Positions 19,744-27,450 of a DNA stretch of 64,000 bases are shown one piece after another. How positions within the stretch are numbered: position 1 is the first letter of the stretch; each line of letters opens with the position of its first letter. The DNA comes from an uncultured Candidatus Binatia bacterium (GTDB taxonomy: Bacteria > Desulfobacterota > Binatia > UBA9968 > JAJDTQ01). Where the stretch lies: NCBI GenBank assembly GCA_965242525.1, contig OZ251459.1, positions 1,984,001 to 2,048,000 on the forward strand, read 5' to 3'. Below the pieces are notes generated by a model. The model had not been told where the DNA came from, did not search any database, and saw only the letters and a list, made by a program, of their open reading frames with translations. A program made the position numbers and the translations under genes.

Positions 19744-20361
19744 GTGTCCGTTCCGATCATCAAGGCGGCGGTCGAAGGATTGATCGACGAGGCGGTGGTG
19801 CGGAGACTCATCGCCCACGTCGGCGGCGTGGTCGGGGAAGTCCATGGAAGAGACGGCAAGGCCCACCTCCACCAGAGGCTCCAAGGCTACAACCGGGCGG
19901 CCCTCCATGAATCATGGGTCGTACTGGTGGACCTCGATTCCGATGCCGACTGCGCTCCCATGTTGCGAGACGCATGGCTCCCCAGAGCAGCGCCGCGCCT
20001 CTGCTTTCGTATCGTCGTTCGGGAAATCGAAGCCTGGTTGATGGCGGATGCCGCAACGTTGGCGGACTACTTGAGCGTCGCCCGGAGCCGAATCCCCATG
20101 AACGTAGAGGGTCTGGGTTCGCCCAAGACCACCCTGGTAAACTTGGCGCGTGGCTCCCGACGCAGAAACATCCGCACGGACATGGTCCCGCACGAAGGCA
20201 GCGGTCGCCAAGTAGGATCGGTGTACGTATCCCGACTCATCGAATACGTCCAGACCACTTGGCGGCCCGAAGTCGCCTCTCGACGGTCGGAGAGCTTGCA
20301 CAGAGCCATCGTCTGTCTGCGACGCCTGGTTGTGCATAGGGATCCACCCGAGGAACCTTGA
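19744..20361 (+). CDS. TOPRIM-like partner protein (DUF4276-like)
   Basis: AVEGLIDE and VDLD acidic TOPRIM motifs, REIEAWLMAD, terminal SESLHRA; starts 3 bp after the ATPase. Confidence 0.65.
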   Translation: MSVPIIKAAVEGLIDEAVVRRLIAHVGGVVGEVHGRDGKAHLHQRLQGYNRAALHESWVVLVDLDSDADCAPMLRDAWLPRAAPRLCFRIVVREIEAWLMADAATLADYLSVARSRIPMNVEGLGSPKTTLVNLARGSRRRNIRTDMVPHEGSGRQVGSVYVSRLIEYVQTTWRPEVASRRSESLHRAIVCLRRLVVHRDPPEEP

Positions 20362-20411
20362 AACGGAGCCACCGCCAGAAGAGAACTGTCAGGACGCCGC
20401 CGCAGCCCGGG

Positions 20412-20702
20412 TCATGGTCCGCGGCTGCCTCTCCTGACGGTGAGCCGGGTCGTCAGTCCCACCCGAGCGGCCATGTTCACCAGCTTGTCGATGGTAAACT
20501 TGCTGATCCGGTCGTTGATCAACTCGCTCAGACGCGACCGCGGCACACCGAGCCGTCTTGCCGCCTCATCCTGGGTGATGCCTTCGTGGTCGATGTAGTC
20601 CTCGATGGCGTCCATGAGCCGGGACCTGAGCTTCAGGTTGGCCGCCTCATCGGGGCCGTCCGCAACCGCGTCCCAAACGCTCCGATAGGTATGAATCTCC
20701 AT
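20412..20702 (-). CDS. XRE-family HTH antitoxin (HTH_37-like)
   Basis: [37 protein letters not shown]...FTIDKL. Confidence 0.85.
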   Translation of the reverse strand: MEIHTYRSVWDAVADGPDEAANLKLRSRLMDAIEDYIDHEGITQDEAARRLGVPRSRLSELINDRISKFTIDKLVNMAARVGLTTRLTVRRGSRGP

Positions 20703-20704
20703 GG

Positions 20705-20827
20705 GCTACCTCTCCGGCGCAAGCCCTTGCTGGATCCTATGGATCTGGCGGCCCATGTCTTGGCGGCGGCTTTCGGAAGGACACGAAGATCTTCGAGCGA
20801 AGAGCCGACGAACCTCACGTCCTTCAT
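20705..20827 (-). pseudogene. Truncated, frameshifted RelE/Gp49-family toxin
   Basis: MKDVRFVGSSLEDLRVLPKAA, then in a shifted frame RQDMGRQIHRIQQGLAPER*; matches the N-terminus of Gp49-type toxins, rest deleted. Confidence 0.65.
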
Positions 20828-20851
20828 GGGATTCACTGTATCAAATGAGCA

Positions 20852-21115
20852 TCAAACCAGGTCCCTCCGGCAATGGGGGCAGACGTGGGCCTCCTTCTTG
20901 ATCATCTCCTTGCAGTGAGGGCAGGGAACGCGCCCTTCGGACAGGGCCTTCTTCATTTCTCCTTCCGGCGTCCTGCCGACGAGCAGGATGTGGACCAGCG
21001 CCACGGGCCAGATGAGAAAGGCCTAGAGGAACCATCCAAGGCCGCTGCGGCCTTTGGAGTTGGCGATCAGCGCAACGATGACCGGGAGGACTATCCAGAA
21101 TATCAGAAGTTCCAT
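20852..21115 (-). pseudogene. Small membrane zinc-ribbon protein with an in-frame TAG
   Basis: MELLIFWIVLPVIVALIANSKGRSGLGWFL*AFLIWPVALVHILLV...CPHCKEMIKKEAHVCPHCRRDLV; stop at 21025-21023; not in the ORF track. Confidence 0.7.
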
Positions 21116-21142
21116 GAGCCTCCTGCCACGTCCCGCCTCGGG

Positions 21143-22405
21143 TCACCCGCCCGAGGCTTCCATTCCTTCCAGCAGCACGGTGCGGATCAGCGAGACGGCG
21201 TTGAGGCTCATGCGGGTGCGGTCGGGGCCGCCGCGGCCGCCCAGGTTGTAGGTACGGGTGTGGAAGTCCGTTCCGTCAGTGACGGAGATGTACGTCTGCC
21301 CCCGGGCGAGGTTCACCGCGGTGTCTCCGGGGGCTTCCACCGCGTGCAGGGCGAGGCCCAGGTCGCTTCCGGCCTCTTGCCGGACCGTCCAGGCCATCTC
21401 TTCGGTGAGTTGCTCCGGCCGGTCCAGCAGCGCGTCCGCCTGTTCCGGTCGGCGCGACCGGAACAGCAGCCGCCTCGCGGCGCGCTCCCCCGGGGCCACC
21501 CGGCCCTCCAGGAAATGGTCCCGGCTGGCCCGCTGGAGACGCTCGGCCACGAGTCCCGCGGTCATGTCCTCGAAGACCGCGACGGTGCGGTCCTTCTCTC
21601 GCAGCAGCCGGCCCACCGCGTCCTCCATGGTCTCGTCGTCCACCGCGAAGACATGGCTCCCGAGAAGCCCCCGCACTTCGGCTTCCACGGGCGCGATGAG
21701 CTTCATGGCCTCCTCCCGGCTCGACGCCTTGGCGGCGATGCGCACGTCCACCTGGCCCGGGTGCGCCAGCACGCCCACCGTGGGGTTGCTCGACTCGGCG
21801 ATCAGGCGGCCGATCTTGTCGTCCACCGAGCTTTCCCCCATGTCCGTCACCTTCAGCACCCGGTAGGTGAGGGTCTCCGAAAGGTCGAACTTGCGCCGGG
21901 CGTAGGGGACCACCTCGTTCTCGAACAGCCACTTCATCTCGTGGGGCACTCCGGGCAGCGCATAGACCACGCCCTTCTCGTGCTCGACGATGAAGGACGG
22001 CGCGGTGCCGTTGGGGTTCTCCACCGGGATGGCGCCTTCGGGGATGTCGGCCTGGCGCTCGTTGTTGGGGGTCATGATCATGTTGCGCCGGCGGAACCGC
22101 CGGTCGATCTGCTCCAGCAACGCCGGGTCTCGCACGAGCTTGCGGCCGCACACCTCGGCGACGGTCTCCCGGGTGAGGTCGTCCCGGGTGGGACCGAGCC
22201 CGCCGCTGGTGATGACCAGGTCGGCCCGGTCCAGGGCCCGGCCGATGACTTCCTTCATGCGTCCGGGGTTGTCGCCCACGATGGTCTTGAAGAACAGATC
22301 GATCCCCAGGTCGGACAGGCGTTGGGCCATCCACGCGGAGTTGGTGTCCACGATCTGGCCCAGCAACAGTTCCGACCCGATGGCGACGATTTCAGCGTTC
22401 GGCAC
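21143..22405 (-). CDS. cinA: Competence/damage-inducible protein CinA
   Basis: AIGSELLLGQIVDTN, SGGLGPTRDDLT, NPNGTAP, LPGVPHEM; C-terminal PncC-like domain is degenerate. Confidence 0.88.
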   Translation of the reverse strand: MPNAEIVAIGSELLLGQIVDTNSAWMAQRLSDLGIDLFFKTIVGDNPGRMKEVIGRALDRADLVITSGGLGPTRDDLTRETVAEVCGRKLVRDPALLEQIDRRFRRRNMIMTPNNERQADIPEGAIPVENPNGTAPSFIVEHEKGVVYALPGVPHEMKWLFENEVVPYARRKFDLSETLTYRVLKVTDMGESSVDDKIGRLIAESSNPTVGVLAHPGQVDVRIAAKASSREEAMKLIAPVEAEVRGLLGSHVFAVDDETMEDAVGRLLREKDRTVAVFEDMTAGLVAERLQRASRDHFLEGRVAPGERAARRLLFRSRRPEQADALLDRPEQLTEEMAWTVRQEAGSDLGLALHAVEAPGDTAVNLARGQTYISVTDGTDFHTRTYNLGGRGGPDRTRMSLNAVSLIRTVLLEGMEASGG

Positions 22406-22447
22406 GATGGACTCCTCCCGATGTTCGTATGCTCTTCCTGTGGAAAA

Positions 22448-22509
22448 GCGCGTCCTTCGACTTCGCTTCGCTACGCTCAGGACGAACGGAGCAATCGTTC
22501 AGGGTTTCC
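22448..22509 (-). repeat. 42-bp REP plus IS5-like MITE end
   Basis: REP followed by AATCGTTCAGGGTTTCC, same layout as 44246-44308. Confidence 0.7.
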
Positions 22510-22534
22510 TATACCGCATCTCGCCGCGTCCCGG

Positions 22535-25500
22535 TCAATCGACCCCGGGCGCCGCTTCCGGCGCGGGCATCGCGTCCTCGCGCGCGTCTTCCCCGGCCGC
22601 GCCGCGGCGCCAACCCTCGGTCACGTCCAGCCACAGGGAGTACAGGGTCGGGGTGAGCACCAGCGTGAACACCGTGGCGAGGGCGAGCCCGCCCAGCACC
22701 GCGGAGCCCAGGCCGCGGTAGAGTTCCGAACCCGCGCCCCGGGACAGGACCAGGGGCAACATGCCGAACACCGTGGTGGCGGTGGTCATGAAGATCGGGC
22801 GGATCCTCGTGCGCACGCTCGAGAGCAGGGCTTCCTGGGGCGTCTCCCCCGCGCGGACGAAATTGAGGGTCTGGTGCACGATGAGGATGGCGTTGTTCAC
22901 CACGATGCCCGCCAGTATGATGAAACCCAGCATGGTCACCGTGTCCATCTTGATGGTGGGTTCGTTCGCGTGGCCCAGGCTCACCGCCAGCACCCCGCCG
23001 GTGGCCGCCAGCGGCACGCTGAACATGATGATCAGGGGGTAGGTCCAGGACTCGAACAGCGAGCACATGACGAGATAGACCACCACCACGGCCAGGAGGA
23101 ACGTCCACTTGAACGCGTCCCACGCTTCCGCCAGGCTCTGGGCCTGGCCGCTCACGTCGATGGAGTAGCCCAACGGGAGGGTCTGCCGCACGCCCGCCAC
23201 CGCGTCCTCCTCCACCAGCCGCACCGCCTCTTCCAGCGGCAGGGTCTCCTCCATGTTCACGTTCAACTTGATGGCCCGGTCCAGGTCCACATGCTCGACC
23301 TTGGTGGGACCGTCCCCGGGCCGGATCTCGGCGATGTCCGAAAGCTGCACCAGCCGGCCGGAGCCGTTGGAGAGCGTCATGGCGCCCAGGTCCTGGGTGT
23401 GCTCCATCTCCCGGCGCGGCCCCTTGAGTACGATGTCGATCTCCTTGCCGCGCTCCCGGAAACGCCCGGCCGACGTGCCCTCCACCACCGTCTCGACCAC
23501 CTCGCCCACGTCGGACGCCCGCAGGCCCAGGGCCGACACCCGGTCCCGGTCGAGGGTCACGCGGATCTCCGGGTTGCCCCACTCGAAGGACGAGTTGACG
23601 AAGTTCACCCCGGACACGCCGCGGATCCTGCCCTCCAGGTCCCCCGCGATGCGCCGGATGGACTCCAGGTCGTCCCCCTTGACGTCCAGCGCCACGTTGT
23701 TGCCGCCGAAGAAGGAACCGCGCTGGCGGAAGAGCGAGGACTGGGTGACGAACACCGCCTGGGTCCCGGCGATGCCCCCCGCGGCCCCGCGCATGGCCGC
23801 CACCACCTGCCGCATGCCCTGCAGGTCCGTATGGGCCTCCTTCACGATGGCGCCCATGATGGGTGTGTCCACGCGCACCACGGCGAACAGCCGGTCCACC
23901 TGCGGGATGGCCAGGAACCGGGACTCCAGGACCTGGATGATCTCCTCCTTCTGGTCCGTGTTGAAACCGGGCGGGGTCTTCACCACCACGAACACGAGGT
24001 TGCGGTTCCCCCGGGGCAGGTAGTCCAGGGGAGGAGCGAAGGCGTAGGCCAGCGCCACCGATCCCCCCACGATCAGCAGGATCACCGCCAACCGGCGGAG
24101 GGACCCGCGCTGGAGCCACGCAAGCAGTCCCAGCACCAGCCGGGAGAACCCGGCCCCGCCCCTGTCCAGCACGGACATGGGCGCGCGAAGGCGCCGGAAC
24201 CGCACCCGCGTCCGGGCCGGAAGCACGTGGGCGGAAAGCATGGGCACCACGGTGAGGGCCACCACCAGCGAAAGCGCCACCGCCACCGCGATGGCCAGGG
24301 CGATGTCCCGGAACAACTGGCCGGCCTCCTGCCGGATGAACAGGACCGGAACGAACACCGCCACCGTGGTCAGGGTGGAGGCCACGATGGCCCCGCCCAC
24401 TTCCCGGGCCCCGTCGGCCGCGGCCTGCAGGCGTCCCTTGCCCATTTCCCGATGGCGGAAGACGTTCTCGAGCACCACCACCGCGTTGTCCACCACCATG
24501 CCGGTGGCGAAGGCCAGGCCGGCCAGCATGATGACGTTGAGGGAGGAGCCGAGGACGTGGAGGACCACGAAAGTCGTGACGATGGACACCGGGATCGCCA
24601 CCGCCACCACCACGATGCTGGCGACGCTCCGCAGGAACAGGAGCAGGACCAGCACGGCCAGGACCACCGCGAAATAGACGTTCCGGGTCACCAGGCCGAT
24701 GGAGCCGCGGATGTAGCCGCTCTCGTCATAGACCATCTCCAGGCGGACGCCCTTGTCCCGGTATCGTTGCTGGAGCTTGTCCAGGGTCTGCCGGACGCCC
24801 TCCATGACCTCCATGGTGTTGGCGCCGGAGCGGCGCAGCACCCCCAGGCCCAGGGCCGGCCGGCCGTCGATCCGCACCGCGAAGTCCCGGTCCTCGTGCC
24901 CGAACGAGACCGCGGCCACGTCCCGCACGTACACGACGCCCCGGTCGTCGTGCCGCACCGCCACGTCGTCCACGTGGCGCAGCTCGTCGAACTGTCCCAG
25001 GGTCCGCACCAGGTGCCTCCGCTTGCCCTCGCTCAGGTCCCCGCCCTTGACGTTGCGGTTCTCACGGGTGATGGCCTGCCGGACGTCGGAGACGGTGACG
25101 CCCCGGGCCGCCATGGCCCGGGGGTCCAGCGTCACGTGCACCTGCCGGTCCTGGCCGCCGAAGCGCCAGACCGCGCCGACCCCGGGCGTCCGTTCGAGCT
25201 GCGGCACGATGACGTCCTTCACTTCCTCCCATATGCGGTTGAGGTCGCCGTCCGTATCCACGATGATCCAGGAGATGGGCATCTCCTCGTCGGTGTTGAC
25301 CGCGCGGATGCGGGACTCGTCCACGTCCGGCGGCAGGTCGGTGGCGAGGTCGAGCTTCTCGGACACCCCCAACCGCGCCACGTCCTTGTTGGCGCCCCAG
25401 TCGAACTTGAGGACCACCGTGGACTTGCCTTCGATGGAGGTCGAGGAGACCTGCCTGAGCTGCTCGACGCCGTTGAGGTTCTCCTCCAGGCGGTCGGTCA

Positions 25501-25687
25501 CCTCGCGCTCCACTTCCAGAGGCCCGGCGCCCCGGTACTCCGTCTCCACCGTGATCTCGGGCCGGTCCACCGTGGGGATCATCTGGATCGGAAGGCGCAG
25601 CAGGGCGATGGTCCCGAAGAGCACCGCCAGGATGATGCCCACGGTCACGGAGACGGGGTTGCGGACACAGAAATCAACGATGCTCAT
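22535..25687 (-). CDS. RND efflux transporter permease (AcrB family)
   Basis: GMVVDNAVVVLEN, ASTLTTVAVFVP, GIVVNNAILIV, RIRPIFMT; about 1050 aa. Confidence 0.93.
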   Translation of the reverse strand: MSIVDFCVRNPVSVTVGIILAVLFGTIALLRLPIQMIPTVDRPEITVETEYRGAGPLEVEREVTDRLEENLNGVEQLRQVSSTSIEGKSTVVLKFDWGANKDVARLGVSEKLDLATDLPPDVDESRIRAVNTDEEMPISWIIVDTDGDLNRIWEEVKDVIVPQLERTPGVGAVWRFGGQDRQVHVTLDPRAMAARGVTVSDVRQAITRENRNVKGGDLSEGKRRHLVRTLGQFDELRHVDDVAVRHDDRGVVYVRDVAAVSFGHEDRDFAVRIDGRPALGLGVLRRSGANTMEVMEGVRQTLDKLQQRYRDKGVRLEMVYDESGYIRGSIGLVTRNVYFAVVLAVLVLLLFLRSVASIVVVAVAIPVSIVTTFVVLHVLGSSLNVIMLAGLAFATGMVVDNAVVVLENVFRHREMGKGRLQAAADGAREVGGAIVASTLTTVAVFVPVLFIRQEAGQLFRDIALAIAVAVALSLVVALTVVPMLSAHVLPARTRVRFRRLRAPMSVLDRGGAGFSRLVLGLLAWLQRGSLRRLAVILLIVGGSVALAYAFAPPLDYLPRGNRNLVFVVVKTPPGFNTDQKEEIIQVLESRFLAIPQVDRLFAVVRVDTPIMGAIVKEAHTDLQGMRQVVAAMRGAAGGIAGTQAVFVTQSSLFRQRGSFFGGNNVALDVKGDDLESIRRIAGDLEGRIRGVSGVNFVNSSFEWGNPEIRVTLDRDRVSALGLRASDVGEVVETVVEGTSAGRFRERGKEIDIVLKGPRREMEHTQDLGAMTLSNGSGRLVQLSDIAEIRPGDGPTKVEHVDLDRAIKLNVNMEETLPLEEAVRLVEEDAVAGVRQTLPLGYSIDVSGQAQSLAEAWDAFKWTFLLAVVVVYLVMCSLFESWTYPLIIMFSVPLAATGGVLAVSLGHANEPTIKMDTVTMLGFIILAGIVVNNAILIVHQTLNFVRAGETPQEALLSSVRTRIRPIFMTTATTVFGMLPLVLSRGAGSELYRGLGSAVLGGLALATVFTLVLTPTLYSLWLDVTEGWRRGAAGEDAREDAMPAPEAAPGVD

Positions 25688-27014
25688 TGCGCCCCGTTCC
25701 GGCTCTCGTCCCGGCCTTCGCTCCACCCCCGGCTCCGTTCACGAGACGGACCTTTGCGCCGTCGCGCAGCACCTCGTTCCCCAGGGTCACCACCTGCTGG
25801 CCGGGCCGGAGGTCCCCCCCGGAGATCTCCATGAGCGCCCGGTGCCTGCGTCCGGTGTCCACCTTGACGGCCCTGGCCTGGCCGTCGGCCACGACGAAGA
25901 CCACCTGGTCGGCGCCGCGCCGGACCACCGCGTCCTTGGGAACCAGCACGCTCGGACCGCCCCGCGCGACGGAAACCCGGACCCGCGCCAGCATCCCCGC
26001 CTTGAGCCGCCCCCGGGCGTTGGAGAGCCGCACCTTCACCGGGAAGCTGCGGCTGCGGGTGTCCGCCTGGGGAATGACGTGCGCCACCTCCCCGGAGAAG
26101 ACCTCGCCGGGGAACGCGTCCAGCGCCACCGCGGCCGGGAGGCCCGCACGGATGAGCCCGATCTTCCGTTCCCCCACCGGTCCCGCGGCAAAGACGGGAT
26201 CCAGGTCCACCACGTCCGCCACCGGCTCACCGGCGTGCACCCAGTCGCCCACGTCCACGCGCTTCCCGACCACGAACCCGGAGATGGGCGCCAGCAGCGT
26301 GCTCTTCTCGATCTCGTAGGCCACCGCGTCCAGGCGCGCCCGGGCCTCGTCGTGCTCGGCCTCGGCCATGGCGATGTCCTCGGTCCTGGCCCCGGAGCGT
26401 GTGAGCTTCAGAGCGGCGCGGGCGCTGCCGTGCTTCTCGCGCGCGGCGAGGTAGTCGCTCTCGATCTTCTGGAACTCGGCGAGGCTGATGAGCTGGTCCT
26501 CATGGAGCCGCCCGGCGCGCTCGAAGTCCCGTTGGGCGCGCTGCAGGATGGCCTCCTGCTCCTTGGCCCCGGCAAGCCTTTGCGCCACCTCCTCCGAGCG
26601 GGAACCCTCCTTCAACTTCTCCCACTGCTTGCGCGCCCGCGCCACCGCGGCCGCACGCTCCCGCAACGCGATCTCGCGCCCCCCGCGGTCCACCTCCATC
26701 AGCACCGTCTTCCCCGCGACCACCGCGTCGCCTTCACGGAAGTCCGCGGCCGCCACCCGGCCCGACACCACGGAAGCGACGGTGGTGGCCACGTCGGGCT
26801 CGATGGTGCCGATGAAGGAGACCACCTCGGGGATCTCCGCCAACTCCACCTGCACCACCTTCACCGCCACCGGGCGGTCGCCGCCCCACCCCTGGCCGAA
26901 CGCCGCGCCCCCGGCCAGCAGCAACGCCGCCAGCACCCCAACGGCCGCAGGCGCGGCGGCCTTCCCCCGCACGGACGAACGCGGCGCTTCAGGAATTCCT
27001 GTGTGTTGTGACAT
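25674..27014 (-). CDS. RND efflux membrane fusion protein
   Basis: Lipoyl-like halves flanking a coiled coil (LLAPISGFV), beta-barrel (LKAGMLARV, VPKDAV); overlaps the permease start. Start uncertain because a MITE covers the 5' end. Confidence 0.85.
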   Translation of the reverse strand: MSQHTGIPEAPRSSVRGKAAAPAAVGVLAALLLAGGAAFGQGWGGDRPVAVKVVQVELAEIPEVVSFIGTIEPDVATTVASVVSGRVAAADFREGDAVVAGKTVLMEVDRGGREIALRERAAAVARARKQWEKLKEGSRSEEVAQRLAGAKEQEAILQRAQRDFERAGRLHEDQLISLAEFQKIESDYLAAREKHGSARAALKLTRSGARTEDIAMAEAEHDEARARLDAVAYEIEKSTLLAPISGFVVGKRVDVGDWVHAGEPVADVVDLDPVFAAGPVGERKIGLIRAGLPAAVALDAFPGEVFSGEVAHVIPQADTRSRSFPVKVRLSNARGRLKAGMLARVRVSVARGGPSVLVPKDAVVRRGADQVVFVVADGQARAVKVDTGRRHRALMEISGGDLRPGQQVVTLGNEVLRDGAKVRLVNGAGGGAKAGTRAGTGRNEHR

Positions 27015-27153
27015 TCCCCTCCCACGCGATGATGTCCGATTCCCATCTTGCTGTCGTCGGTTCGACATTGCGGAGAACTCCGATTCCCTCCCCCCTTGAG
27101 GGGGAAGGTACGCTCACCCGTCAAACCCTGCCCACTCAAAAGCCGGAAGAGCC
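26983..27153 (-). mobile_element. ISL3-like MITE containing a CCCTCCCCCTTGAGGGGGA palindrome
   Basis: Ends GGCGCTTCAGGAATTCCTGTG and CCCACTCAAAAGCCGGAAGAGCC correspond to both ends of the 44512-44814 element in reverse orientation. Confidence 0.7.
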
Positions 27154-27269
27154 ACGCGATGAGACTTCGATCAGGATAGGGTTTTTGGAAGTCCGGGGCA
27201 AACGACCGCGGCAAGAGGAACCGGGCAGATCGAACGACAGGTGGAAGAGCCGGTTTTCACAAGAATGGA

Positions 27270-27367
27270 TGGATTCCCGCTTTCGCGGGAATGACGGAGT
27301 GGCTTTCGCGGGAATCCAGAACCCTCCGTTCGTCCTGAGCGTAGCGAAGCGAAGTCGAAGGACGCGC
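27270..27367. repeat. REP cluster (CGTC-type at 27270-27296, 42-bp type at 27326-27367)
   Basis: Matches the other copies in the window. Confidence 0.8.
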
Positions 27368-27450
27368 TCCGCTCTGGAAGAGAGTTGGAGAGAGGACGCG
27401 GGCATGTGCAGTGCTTGCATGTCAGGCCGCGCTCGGCAACAAAGTAGGAG

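Noticed and set aside
20873-25834. 1653-aa plus-strand ORF and other long overlapping ORFs in the track
   Set aside because: They are antisense or shifted-frame shadows of real genes (cinA, RND permease), expected in high-GC DNA, and carry no recognisable motifs.
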